From: Botryllus schlosseri
Taxonomy: Eukaryota
Direction: 5' to 3'
DNA: 64,000 nucleotides
NCBI GenBank assembly: GCA_051294905.1
Contig: CM119384.1
Coordinates: forward strand, 18,228,001-18,292,000
The position numbers were made by a program, and so were the translations under genes. Below the pieces are notes generated by a model, which saw only the letters and a program-made list of their open reading frames with translations, did no database searches and was not told the origin of the DNA. Shown one piece after another: positions 38,401-53,400 of the stretch (the stretch's first letter is position 1; every line of letters starts with the position of its first letter).

Positions 38401-41400
38401 CATGGCGCAAATCACTTGCCATGTAGACATAATAAAGATCACGGTGCTGTAATTTCCTCTCTGATGCGGATTGGTTCTACCAAAACTAGTGTCATAATTG
38501 TGATGGCTGTTTCGCGCCATTGCATTCTACAGTGATTTGTTTATGTACGTACAATGATAACAACACTATCGTTTATGGGACTGGTTCAAGGGTGTTATCC
38601 AGCCTTGTACAAAATGTGTGGAGACTCATGTGCTCTTCCCCTCATTTGCAGCTGTGACTTGAGAGCAACGTTTTTTAAGCAAGGGCATGGGGAAGAACCG
38701 ATTTCGCGCAAGATTTTCAGTTGAACATAAATTACGGTTGTGCCTTTCTTGAACATTTCTAGGTACAGGTAACCCGCGGAGTAGCATCGCAGTAAAATTA
38801 TGTTTGAAAGTGTAAATAAGTAGTTTGTAGTGGTTATGGTCTTTCAATTGCATACAATTTATGCGACATCATTTTAAACAGTAATACGTTAAAGAGCCGC
38901 TGCTTTATTGACATTTTTTATGGCCAATTGGTGTAATATAGTAGTATATAGTAGTATATTTTGTGTGTCTGGAGTGTATCAGTATACGAGTAACTCTTCA
39001 TAATGCGACTGTGCTGCACTAATCTTCATGCATATACCACGCTCCATTAAACAACGATATCCGTCATTCCGCACTAAATACCAATCTGTTTCTAGCCTAT
39101 GATTTCACAGAAATCATCCCATTTTTCGCGGGCATTCTTCGAAAAAATGATATTTATCATCGATAGGAACACGTTATTATTATTATAGGTCGAACAGCTT
39201 GACAAATGGGAGGTAAAATCAATTGACACCGGCCCAGTCCAGAAACAGGTATACGAATCTTGTTATTTGAATGTTGCATTAACATTCATGCAATTTCTGC
39301 ATTGAAACATCTTTGTAGGAGGAGCAGAAGCCATACCTTGGGTTACAGGAGCCCATATCACCGATTCAGGTAAGGTGCTGTTTCACTTTTAGACGTGGCC
39401 AAACAACATTTTTGTAACATTATTCTCACTCTGAAACTTTCCGTTTGTCTATCGTTATCGGCGAAAATGTGAAAAGCGTCTTAACTCTGAAACTTGACAG
39501 TGACGACTTTCATTTTTCAGTGTCCACACACAGCCGTGTGGGATGTAATCACGTTTGTGATGTTTGTAGATTGCAAGTGCCGGTCGGCACCGAGTTATCG
39601 AAGTGTCTGTCCATTGTTTTGTAGTGACAAAATATGTAATTATAATCTAATTTTAGGATGAACCTTCCTTGAAATCAGAAACAGAATCTGGTGACGAGAG
39701 GAATGCCATCAATAAGGTGGGGTTTCCAATTCATTAGTTCCGTTTATTCAGTTCGCCGATGTTATAATTGTAGTTAATGTCGCAGGTATGTCAAGAAGCT
39801 TTCATTGAAAGCAAAATTTCCGGCGAACCACTAGATACGGTAAGAAATCATGGATTGAATACAATTCATCGTATCATCTGAATAACAGTTGATTTTATAA
39901 TTTCCCTGAAATAGACATCATTTTCTGCGTCGAGTGGTATAAAAGGTATGAACGTTATGAACCAAAGGTATATTTCATGATATCTTTTGGTTTAAATACT
40001 ACTGTACCCTGCTCGGAAAATATCTGGTTATTGGCGTGCTGTAATTCCTGAACTTAACTAAACTGAACCTATATTTCAGGGGCATGTCATTTACACATCC
40101 GTCCCGTTTGTGTGATTATGAACTATGGAAATGTATTTTAATTTTAGGACAAAACTTTTCCCAAATCGGAAAACGTATTGAATGAGGACAAGAATGCCAG
40201 TGAAAAGGTATGGTACGAATGTTATTTCGTCTTCGACAATGCTCTATCCTGATTCATGTCCAGGTTCTTGAAGAATCTTCTCCCTTGCAACCATTAGATA
40301 CGGTAAGAAGTTGCGTATTGAGCACATGTGGTACTAACAACGGTTGATTTTATGATCAATCTTAATTGGAAATCTTTGTGCTGTGCTACCCGATTGGGTG
40401 TCGCTGATTTTATAAAATAAGGTAGGCTGTAAAACCTGGTGATTAATACCTGTTACTTAAATGCTTATTGGATTCCCTCCAGTAATTGCTATTGTTGATT
40501 TCAGACTGAAATTTCTTTCCCGAAACAAGATTCTGAGGATTGCAACTCTTGGGTGGGTAGCATAGCAATGGATACCGTTAGTTCAATCTATGTCTATGAC
40601 ACAACCTCAACATCTCAAGTATTTCCTCTACGTGCCAGGAGAAAACTGGCAGTCTTCTGCTTGTCTATATCAATTAGAGTTTCTACACCTAAAGACATTG
40701 TTCCTGGTAAGCAGAGGTGACTATAGTAGTTGAAGTCGCTATTCAAGTGCATGTTTAGTCGAAGTTGTGAAGTAAGATTTCTACTCAATCAAAAGCAGAA
40801 GTGGGGATTTTCAAGTCATGTGTAAGTAAAGAATGAGAGGCCTGAAAAGTAATCCAGTGAGAAAATGACCCAAAACTCGTATATGTTTTAAAATTCAATG
40901 TGTGAAAGTAAGTATTTTGCCGAAAACGAGAAGTGAGACTTGTCTAAAACACAACCACTTGGGTAAGTAGTGCAACTAGGCAAAATCTACTCAGAAAAAG
41001 TGGAACACTTTGTTAATGACCAACCTTGCCGGTAACTATAATGATTTCGTCATTTAAGAAATCCAGACGATTGCCATATAAAGCAAGTATTCTATCACAC
41101 CCTGTTATACCGCTCTAATACAGTGATGGGATGACTCCAGTCAACTTTTTAACGTAATTTACCTTGATTCGATTCACCTCCAAATATCGAGTGACTTGAC
41201 TCGAGTCGAAATGCGAAATGACTCGATATGACTTGTGACTCGAAGGTAGGGACTTGTTGCCAACCCTGCTCCAATCTGAGTTTAATCCAACTCAGAGTCT
41301 CCCTTTCGCTATCATCGATTTGATAATTTGCGATTATATGTGTGCAGGATCTATCAGACAGTGAGGAAAACGTGGCGATACATCCGAAATTGTCAGAATG

Positions 41401-44400
41401 GCCCAAGAAAGAAAATCTGTTCAAGCAGTACACATGCAATGAGAAACTCAAGGCGAGTTTCACAGATATCAATTGCGATATCTCCGGTGCCTGCCACGAA
41501 AATTTCCAACATTCCTTCTCTGTCATTGCAGGTCAAATGCGATAGCGACTCCGATGGCTTTTCGGATTTCTTGGATTCAATCGAAGAAAAGATACGACAA
41601 CAAGAACGACAACAAGCCTTGCCTTTGAAGAATATAATAACAGCGAGTCCATCCGAGGAGAAGGTGGGTTTTCAAAAAAATGATGTTTTTGACTGAACTT
41701 TGAGTTTCAGTGCTCTATGCCTAAATCCTTCGCGACATGAGATTCCGATTATGAGCGTGGTAAAGTTCATATGTTGACGTCTTTTTGCAGAATGTCACTG
41801 ATGATTACGATTCGGATATATCTGATATTCTCAAATCGGAGGACGCACCGAAGAAAGTCCGAAAACAAGTAAGCTTCATGGTTTTTCATATTCAACGGAA
41901 CTTTGACATTACAGTATAAAAGTGACATTATTATGTTGACTGTTTACTTTTATAGAAACATACTGGTGCGGATCAATCGAATGCAACCGACATTTTTATA
42001 TCGGAGGCCGCCACAATCAAATTGCTGGAAAAGGTTATAATTTATGATTTTCATGTCACAAACTTCAACATCGTAATGATTATCAATTTCCAGACACTTT
42101 CAGATAGCGATATCTCTGATATTTTAAAATCAGAGGACGCTCCAAGAAAGAAGCCTAAACAGGTTTGCTTTGTCGTTTTCGAAGAGACTTTTTGGGGTAC
42201 AGAACTTTAATATACATGTTAATAATATATTCATATTAGAAATATATTAAAACCCGAAGCTTTTCGAGCCAATACTCTTCAGGGGTAATCGTCGGCATAA
42301 AGAGAATTTCAAAAACTTGCATATAACTACATTGCATACAGCAATTGTGACGTCATAGAAACAAAACAACATCAAGTGCAGACAAACCGCGAGCGCAGCT
42401 AGTGGCCAATTTTTAGCTGAAGCAAACGTTCCTTCTGCTGGCATAAGCGTGGTTGTTGGATCTTAATGAATGTCGATTCCAGCGCGGACAAGTGGAAAAG
42501 TGTGCGGCCTCTACCCAAAATTGAGAATCTGTCGTCACTATAGTTATTGGCGCAAGTAGCATGCTCAGCTAAATGCCTGCCAATGGCAGAGTTCATTGCC
42601 ACGGCCTGATTGTGTTTCAACACCCTTAAGTCAGTTTCAGTTTCAGCGGCCTGTCCCTGGGAATTTAATGTACGTAGTCTAATAACACGCGGTACATGTT
42701 GTTTAATACGTTCCTTCAAGCGCTGAGTTGTTCTTCCTACGTACCGACAATCACAGTGGCACTTAAATTCGTAAACTATATTGCTTTGTTGAGAAGCGGG
42801 AAGAACATTTTTGCGCGTTGCAGGAAGTAGTTGTTTGGTGGTGAATACAACATTCGTTTTGACGTTGCCGTAACAACGATCTACGGCGGAGATCAACTGT
42901 TCCTCAAAACGAGAAGAGATGGGACCCAACCATGGTAAATGTATACATTATTCTCAGGGATCAGTATGGCAAACGTCGCTTTTACTCATAGGTAAGCCGA
43001 TGATCTGTGAAAACACAGGCGCTATAACGTGCCATTTCGTTATTCCTTCAGCGTCACATGACCGCCTATGAAGGCTTTTTGGGTGCCCACCAATACAGTG
43101 TTGATCCATAGGGACCCCACTGCGTGCTATACGCCTAAATAAATATGTTTACTCGAGTTTACACCTGGTGTGGAGCAGTGAAGTGGATGCAGAAAGTAAA
43201 ATAGACAACACAAACCAGTCGACAACGTCGATTAATATACGGGGGTTGATAAATTTTGTCAAGTGAGTCTTGAATGGGTGTTATTTGTTTATGACATGCC
43301 TCTATCATTTTGTGCACATTTTTGTCGACGATCTCTCTGCGAGTGCACAAGCGAAGCCGCATGTTGGACGACACGTTATCTCCTAATTGCGAATAGACTC
43401 AATTCTGTGAATAATATGTATTTATAATTTTCAGAAGGGGGCTGAAATACTGAATGCAAGAATTCTAGTAACAATGAATCATGCGAAGTATTTTTCTGAT
43501 GCCGCACAATACTGTTCAAATTACAAAATCCATAGTCGAGTTCATTATAGCTCTGTGTGTGCGAGACGTTCGATTTGTTTAAACAAATATTTTTCTAGGC
43601 TTACCTTTGGCTTTGGATTTAAAAGGTTACCTAATAGCCTATCCTTATGGGGTGCAAAGTAGAAGATATAATTGAATCAAACAATATAATTTCACTTGAG
43701 GGCCATTCCATACACAGACAACCGATGTTCTCATCACTACCTCTTCAAATCTCCTGAAATTTGGTACACACAGAGAAGCTAATTTAATACAGGATGAACT
43801 TAACTTACGCCACTTTGAAAATTGACAATTTTTTGCTCATTTCGGATCTGCACTTCTCAGGTTTTATCAATGAAATATTCAAGAAGGTGTAGCTAGATGC
43901 TGGACGACAGTTGAGATACGGCACTTGGATTTATCTGAAGCTTGTCTGATTGTCTATGTTTCCAAGTGAAATTTAATACCCTGTAGGTTAGGGGGAAATC
44001 TAAAATCAGTGAGGTGTTATACGATTTAGACTGCGGATTGCTCAAACACATATTAGTATATTTTGGAAAAAACGATCTTAAATGAAAGTTTGCTTCAAGG
44101 AGAATTCGTTCATAGCTGTTTGATTTTGGTTTTTAGACTGTAAAGTGAATGAAATTGCAGTTTCAAGAGCACACTTCATTTGTACATGGAAATGCCGTAC
44201 TAGTAGGGCGTGTTCGGACATCGAGTCTAGGGTGTGTGCAGACATCATGTCTGGGGTGTGTTCGAACTGTGTTGCCATTGGGACATCGTGTCTGGGATGA
44301 GTTCGGACTGTTTTGCCCCTCGGACATCATGTCTTGGGTGCGTTAGATAAACAAATAACACCCATTCAAGACTCACTTGACAAAATTTATCAACCCCCGT

Positions 44401-47400
44401 ATATTAATCGACGTTGTCGACTGGTTTGTGTTGTCTATTTTACTTTCTGCATCCACTTCACTGCTCCACACCAGGTGTAAACTCGAGTAAACATATTTAT
44501 TTAGGCGTATAGCACGCTGTGGGGTCCCTATGGATCAACACTGTATTGGTGGGCACCCAAAAAGCCTTCATAGGCGGTCATGTGACGCTGAAGGAATAAC
44601 GAAATGGCACGTTATAGCGCCTGTGTTTTCACAGATCATCGGCTTACCTATGAGTAAAAGCGACGTTTGCCATATAGAGGGTGCGGTAAACGATCGGTTA
44701 CGGTCCGGAATGAGATGTGGTAAACGCGTATTGTGTTGAGCGCATCAAATTTGTCCCCATGTATATTTTTGACCACACTCGATGATAACAAACATTCAAA
44801 GACATGAAAGCGCGTAACAAACATTCAAATTCATGAAAGCACGTACGAGCGAATATCGAAGCTAACAAGAGAACGATCAATCAATGTCCAACTTGGCAGT
44901 GACTTTGTGACTTACCGCTTTAGTAAGTTTACCAACGCCATGAGGTCGTGCAAATAGGTCAGGCGTCAATTTCTATATTCTACACATGACCGAGTGATCA
45001 CTATTACGCAGTGTTGGGATGACTCCATTTAAAAAAGTCACTAGTTATGAGTATGTGCTATGGTGCTTGACAGAATTTACCAATTCCCCGTATATTAATG
45101 GGTGTAATCAACTGGTTTGTGCTGTCTAATTCACATTTTGCACCCGCGTCACTGCTCCACACCGGGTGTAAATTCGAGTAAACATAATTATCTAGGCGTA
45201 TAGCACGCAGCGCGGTCCTTATAGATCACGTTCAGCACCGTGTGGGCGGGTACCACATCCCAATGGCTACATACGTTGTCATGTGACGTTGAGATAACAA
45301 CGAAGACGGTACGTTACCGCTTGCGCTTTCGCACGTCATGGGGTTACGTGCGAGGAAAAAGCTACGCTTATCATGTAGACGGTGCGGTAAACGATCGGTT
45401 ACGGCCCGGAATAGGATGTTTTACACGCGTATTGTGTTGAACGCATCAGGGTCTAAATCAGCTGTTCCCGGCCTATTTACGACCACCCTATAGTTGATAA
45501 CGAGAATTTTAAAAGCATGAAAGCACGTCCCAACGAATATCAAAACGCCAACAAGATGACAAACACCAATCAATTTATTGCCCGACTTGACAGCGGCTTC
45601 CCCGCTTTAGTAAGCTCATCAAAAGCCACGAGGTCGTACAAATAATCCATGCGCCATTTTTCTGCTTTCTACACACAAGTGAGTGATCATTATTGCGACG
45701 ATGCGGTATTAGCAGTCCAAACAGTGAGATTGACTTAACTTACGCTCGCAGTGGCCTTGTGAGGACACCTCAATGCCTGCTTTCATGTTACGGGGGAGGG
45801 AAAAGCAAAATAGCATGTTGGCGCCTGCCCTCACTGAAGCAAAAAGTAGAAAGTAGTTTTTGTAATGAGTTTATCTCACTTGTATAAAGTTATCAATCTG
45901 ACTTACACCAGAATGTCACATTGGAATAACAGGATTATGCGAAAAAGCATGGTAAACCCTACCCGTCTCTCGTAGGTCCTCATTTCGCGTTATTCATGGT
46001 CTTTTTGGGTATTTTAAGCTAAAACGGAGGATAAATTAACACAAAAAAGACGTACGTTTGTGCGGGGGACATTTTCCTAGAGAGGGAGGACGTACGGCAA
46101 CCTCCATTAGTATCAATGGGGGGCGTCAAATATATCGCATTGCCGTCAACCTTACTGAATATACGAGTTTTCTCAAACAGCTGGTAGGACTGACTTCGAT
46201 CGAGTCACACTCGAGTGATCGCAGCTGATTTGCGCACATCACACCGAAATTACAAGCATTCGTACGACAAGTGAGCCCGTCAGTGAACCCTGTTTTCGAT
46301 TGTGGTATGTGTGCGTGGAAAAATACAGTACAATTACCAGGATTATATCACACCTCAAAATACTTTCGTGTCTAAACTTGTCGTATGGGTCAATCGAGGG
46401 GACTCACACAGATATTCCTAGTTTATCCTTGAGGACTGTATTACTGGTTAGTATTTTTATGGATCATTGACAACCGTTAGCTGTCACTATTGCACCATTT
46501 ACGTGTTATACAAGGGGGCGGGCAACTTCTTCAGTCGGGCGGGCCGGACATAAGAAAATTAGGTACTTGGCGGGCCGAATTGCTGAATCGATACATTATT
46601 CGCCCACTGATCCCCATATACGAGGGATAAATCGTATTTAATCAATGTATTTTAACGACCGCAATGTCACTACAAAGCCATATCTCGCCGATAATGACGA
46701 AGACAATGTTGGTTTGAGAACAGCCTTGTTATACAGGCACCGCCGTGTTTCCTTCTCTCTAGTCAATTAACACACCGTTCAACCCATAAATAAGATTTAC
46801 AAATTACTGGATTGCTTCGAAACTACCTTTGGCTCGACAGTTTTATGGGGACCTACTCTTTATAATTAGGATAGAAAGCGATTTCTCGATACCGACATTT
46901 CTTTTAAACTACTTCTACTTGAGTACTTCAGAGCTATATTTTGTGCTTTCATTTGAAGCAAATGTAGCATGTGTTGTGAAGCGCTCCAGCTATCTCGATA
47001 ACCTCGCCGGAATGCGTAGTCTCGTCTGGATCTGCAGCACCTAGTACGTTGTGTCTACACAGAGAGGGATTGCAGTGACTACTTGCTTCAGTCGAGTAAC
47101 GGGCGATGCCGATTTCACACACGTTCCAAAGTACATCTCGTGAGAATGATGTACTTCCACCCCGGCTATTCTCGGTACGACATTGGATCATTTGGCTGTA
47201 CTAAGGTGGGTACACCCCGACAGGGTCGATCGAGTGCGCTCGATTTTATCATGTAATGGTAGCTTGGGTCGCTTTTACTATAGTCACCAATACATGTTTA
47301 CACAGACCCGTATCCACGTAATAGCCTGCGCAATGCCATCGTAGGGTCATTTTTTCGACTTGACTACCTAAATACCCGACTTTCGTAATCTAGCCCCGCA

Positions 47401-50400
47401 TTTTGTGTTACTCGTGGTGTTTTTTGGATATGTTAAGCTAACAAGGAGAACAAATTGACAGAAAGAGAGTATATTTGGGCGAAGGGGTGACATATCTGGG
47501 AAAAGGAGGACATATGCTCCCTTGAATGAGGCCGTATGGTAACCCTATTAAATAGGAGGGTCGATGGGGACATCAAATGGATCGCATTGTGTTACTGTGA
47601 ACCCGAAAACGCGAGTTTTGTCAAACAGGCGGGTTGATGACTGACATCGATTGTGTCACGCTCGATTGATCACAGCTGATTTGCGTACATCTGACCACAA
47701 TGAAATTACAAGTATTCAAGCGACAAGTTTGTTTGTCTGTTTGTTGGTATGGTATAGGTATTATCGTTTTGTGGTGGATAGGACTTTGCTAATATACTTC
47801 TTGTGGTGCTAAACCTGATTGCACTAATAACACCTGTATAGTTGAACATAATTCCGACAATGGGTCGATACAAGGTTTCGCTGTACGCAAATGAATATGC
47901 AACGTCATCTCCATATCGTGTAAAGATAGTAGAACTATCGTGCCTGGGTGGTCACTTGACCGTATCCAGCCCTGGCACCGAAACCGAGCAAAATAAGGTC
48001 AGTCAGCTGATCGACGGTGAAGCGAGCTATCGCCGGACTGGATGCAGCCAAATGGCCTTGAGAGTCGGATTTATGCTATATTTTACCCTCACAACATGTG
48101 GAAATAACAGGACTTTACGAGCCAGCCGGATTTTTTGGACTTTGATTTAGCAACCCGAGTCGGGGTGGAGTCAGATTTCGAAATCTCCCCGCTCATCTTT
48201 ACACCTCACCGAAAGCAGGCTAGATTGCATCACGTGATCTGGCACAATTCATCCTCATTATTGCACCACCGCATACAAAGTTTCGCTGTACGCAAATTAA
48301 TGTACAACGACACTCCCCTTACAGCAGTGTCTTTGAGAGTTGGATTTATGTTACATTTTACCCAGCCTAATATATGGAGAAACCAGTACTTTACGTGCCA
48401 GTCGGATTTTTTGGACTTTGATTTTGCAATCCTATAGTCGCAGTGGATTCCGATTTAGAAATCTCCCACTCTACTTTACACCTCACCTCAGGCTATAGAT
48501 CGCATAACGTATGATCTACCACAATTCATTGCCATTATTGCACCACCGAGCGCGTTTCAGCCAAATAAGGTCAGCCCACTGATCCCAACGGGTCATTGTT
48601 ATGGCTATTGTGTTGCGGTTACCCGATTGTTCTAAACAATGCCGATATTTCAGACTTGGAGGACATATTCTAGGTGGATCAGCACACGATCAATATTTTA
48701 ATTTATATTTTCGGAATCGGTGCAACAGTAGCTTTCGATCAAGACCAGATTCAATAATTTCTGCGCTCGGGAAGATAGCTTTTGGATTGCCAGAAATCCT
48801 ACAGTCGCTTACGCAAAACAATTCTTCATTCCAGCCCCGGCGAAGCGGAGCGAAGCGGAGCGAAGCTGCAAAATTGATCGTTGCCATTCCATGTTTAATT
48901 TCTATAGTAACACTCTGTCGAGTCAATATATCCGTAGTATGATGCTGCAAATATGCTCGGCGGTGTTGGCATAACATGTGTTGAGGATATGTTACGGCAC
49001 ACACGAGCACAACTGATTGTCTGCAGCGAAATTAGTCGAATTCGAACGACAGTGCGTGGCTGCCGAAGCAATAGTTCCTTAGCATGATATTGTAAATATG
49101 CTTGGAGGTGTTGGCATAACAAGTGTTGAGGATATGTTACGGTACACGCGAACACAACTGATTGTCTATAGCGAAATGAGTCGCTCTCGAACGACAAGTG
49201 CGTGGTGAGCTCTCGATCGATCGTACAGACGGGTAAAGCATTAGTTCGCCAACTGATCGATTCAAGTTGTACCTCGTGTACATTATACAGCATACAAAAA
49301 TAATATGCCCGCGGTAAATTGTATATCATTTACAAGCACCGGCACGATTACGCTTGACCAGACGTGAAGCAGTAAAAGAACCCATCATAAATACATTGTT
49401 TGGTTGGGACTGTCTGTCCTTATGAAGACGCTAGAACGCGGTATAGGTATGGAACAGCCACATTTGTTGCTTGCACCGAATACTAGGTACGTAATACCGG
49501 GGGTTAACACGTTGATGCGAGCAAAATTGAGAATCAGCTATTTGTTTAATTACTTATTATATTCATAATGTTACTTTATTTAAGCTAATCTATGTCGGGT
49601 CGCCTAATACAAATTTCTACTAGGACATTCATTCTGATTCTCGGTATGACTCGAAATGACACACATATTTATAATAATAACAGATCATTTCTCGTTACTG
49701 TCTGGGTGGACAACAAAGCAAGCGGGTTCAAGTACGACAGTATGAGACAGACCACAAGCGTCACCTTACACAGCCGAACGTATGGACACCTAAAACACGC
49801 ACCAGGATCTCATGGATCAGAAGAAAACTATACTGACGTCACGACCGGCAATTATTCCTATGACCCCCCCGTACACGAAATTGAATCAACCGCGGAACGA
49901 TAAGTCAACCAGTTTGACGGGCTATTGCTCCCAGGTCATGAAATTGGACCACGGAACAACGGGTCAGGGCAGGCAACTATTATCAAGCTCCGTCGTGTAC
50001 GACCGAGGTCAGCTATGGATCGTGGAAAAATACAGTAAAATTACAATGTATTATAATTAGGAGGCGAGTGGAAAAGTACAAGTAGAATGACTCAAGTTTC
50101 ATGTCTGAGTACAAAGGTCAATCGAGATTCTTTGTTCGTTTTCTCTCTAGCGTCAATCCCCCTTTTTGATTGCCGCATAGCCAGAAGGGAATTCCCCTCG
50201 AGTATTGCTGCAAAACTGAGAATGAGCTAATTCTTTCATTACTTATTATATTGATAATCTTTGTTTGTTTAAGTAAATAGGGTGCATGCGCGAGTTCCGC
50301 ACATTTACCTAACTACTGTCGGTCAATTCTGAACAACCCTAACCTTCGTCGTTACCTAATGTCGAATCGTAATGAAACCTATGTTGCAAAGCTGATCCAC

Positions 50401-53400
50401 TATAACAGTTTCCATGCGTACAAAATATTTGCCATTACTTACTTTTGCTTGAAATATGCTAACTGATTGCCTCGACTGCTACATTGTCGATAACTTGCTC
50501 TTATTTTACTTGTACCTCTATGTCAATGAATTATACGCTACAAATTGAGATTTATCATGTTTTGTCAATGCAGCCGGGTAATTCTGACACCGATGACCAA
50601 ATATCTGAATTGTCTTGGAGCGAGTTGATTTCGTCCAAACCCATGACATACCAGGAAAAGGTGGATGCCCAGTTTAAGACGGTAATTAGGATGTTATTCC
50701 TTTTGGATTAGTCAGGATGTGTTTTATTTCGATAAGAAAACTGCGGTGGTTCTTGGTGAAATGAACTGAGGTCTGGGCCTTTTTTTTATTTGGTATTGGT
50801 GCCGGGATTTGTGTAGATTACAAGAAAGAAATTCCGATGCTGTGTTTGTGATCGGGAATCGCATTATGACGTTGTTTGCGTTTCAGAATTACGCTTCGAC
50901 CAGCAAATCCCCTCAGCCAAGCAGCGGGAACTCTTCAAAGGTAACGATTCGCACTCATCGATTTGGTCATTCGCACTGCTTGTGTTTTCTATCAATGCAC
51001 TTCCAGTTTGATACGCCATTTCATATGACCAACTCCACAGGCACCTTCCTACCACATTGCGTAGTCGACTTGGTTACCGCCATTGTGTTAATAAGATTAG
51101 TAGTCTTATGATAACAAAACTACTTGAACTAGAATTCTAAAAAGTATCTGAAATACAAAATTTAGCGTAGAATACAGTATTTGCCGATGTGGTCATAGTA
51201 GTTACCGTTGGTACCAAAGTCAATGTCAAAGTAAGGCGAAATTTTCAATCTAGTTGCAGTTTCAAAGTGGAAAACAATATTCTAGATTTAGCTATGCCCA
51301 AAAAACTGAAAACTGTGAAGTTCATGTGCGGGTGACCACCAGATCTGTGGACTCGGAGTCGGTGGAGACGGAGATGGAGTTTCGCTCATTTTCCCTCAAT
51401 GGAGTCGGAGTCGCTTTTTAGAACGCCTTGGAGTCGGAGTCGTGAAAAAAGTACTGGCTGGAGACGGAGTTGGAGTTTGTGAAAATGCTCCTAACTCCGA
51501 CTCCGACTTCTTTAATATGAATACAAGTGCTTCCAAACATCTCTTAAATTTACTATTAGAAAATAAAATAAGATTTGTATGTAGAAACAAACATTTTAAT
51601 TAGTAACGATATTGATAAAATTGGAAATTTATTGCAAATTACATAGAGAAAGAAAATTTCAACCGATTCGCGTCCAACACAAAATTACTGATGGAGTCGC
51701 AAATTGGTGCAACTTTTGGAATTATATTATGAAAGAGTAAATACATCGTCTGGTATTGTAAGTGACAACGTCACCTGTAAAAGTGATGCAAATATAACCA
51801 AACGTAGGCTAAGTAGCAAGTAGCTGAGCTGCTTGGGTCGAACGAATGTTTGAGAAAGAGTGCAGGTATGCTACATGCTATTTGACTACTCCCTAAATGT
51901 GCTTCCCGATCACCGATTATTAGTAGTCAGAGAGCTTGTTCTTGTCATCGGTATAGTGTGTAGTGAGATAATATGTACATTGTACATCTCAGTATTAGTT
52001 GTTTACTTATACAATTGCTAGAATAACTACAGCCAGGACCGTAACAGCTGCACCCCAAACCCCAAATTGGGCAAGCTCGAAGGGAGCCCGAAATTATTTC
52101 GTGAATTAACATACAGTATAAAGTTTTGTCAAATTTATGCAATTTTTTTTCGGGCCATATACGCGCGATATAACGTTGCCAAATATCTTGATTATCGGGC
52201 ACCCTTCCCCCAGGAAATAATACACACGATATGAAGAAATCGGTATTTCGGCGTAGGCTATTACCGTGCCATGACGGACCAAGACAAATGAAATTTTAGA
52301 CTTCAAGACTTTTAGACTTCGAGAAGTGTGCCAGAACCATCGTCAGCGAGAAAACTTTGGCTGAAAAGGACTGCCCTTATGCTGACCGTAAACTTCGATA
52401 TATATCGATATACATTTAATTGTCCATAGGCGCTTAAATGGCTGGCGCCGAATGTTCCTGTCCGGACAATCTGAACCCCACAATACAAATGCCATCCCGT
52501 TCAGAAAAAATAATTAGCCAGTGAAGAAATGCCAATTTGAAATCTTGTGCGTCTTTGAGTTTAATAAGTTTGGACGATTTCAATATTTTTTGACATAGCA
52601 GACAGGAGGTCACGAAATAACATCATGCAACGAAGTCATTATACCAACAAGTCCGCCCGAATATGTTTAATTATTATTTACGGTCCCTACATTTTCCAAT
52701 ACGCCACACACAGGTCTACTGGTAAATCTGATTACGTGAGAAGAGAGAGGATACAAAATTGATTTCAATGTATATGCTATTCCCGATAAAATTGACCGAT
52801 TTAATCGTGAATTACAGAAAATTTTCGCGCTTGGCGCGGTTAGACGTTAGGACTTTTTTTTTGGTGGGGGGACTGACAAAGTGCTGTTTCAGTCCTGTCT
52901 AGAGCTGCATTTATATTGTTTTATCCAAATTTTAATTTTACAGGATGGGATATAGTTAATGTTTGAATTATTCATGCATATTAGAGTACCAGTGGCCTGT
53001 CTATGTTATAAAAACAATAGCGTATGAAAATGGGAATAATATTTCGAAATGAATATTTCCATGATAATTGCACAGTGAATATTTCGAGATGTGCCACAAC
53101 GAAACAATTTTGCATGCCACCATGAGCAATATGTTTGCAGATGTTTAATGGTTATATGAAAGTCATTCAACCGTCCCTGAAGCATATAGTTTCGAAGTAA
53201 ATTTGTAGTACTGTTAGAGTCGGAGTCGGAGTTTTGTGAGTAAAATAGTCGGAGTCGGATCCGGAAACGGAATTGCTACGTTTAAAGACTCTGAAGTCGG
53301 AGTCAGAGTCGGTCCATTTAAAATGTCTGGAGTCGGAATCGGAGTTGGAGTCGGTGGAAAAATTTACCGACTCCACAGCCCTGGTGACCACAGGTGCGGC

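Noticed and set aside
48601-49205. Possible reverse-transcriptase relic (GGVGITSVEDML repeats)
   Set aside because: Similarity to non-LTR motifs is too weak to support by eye; needs BLASTX.
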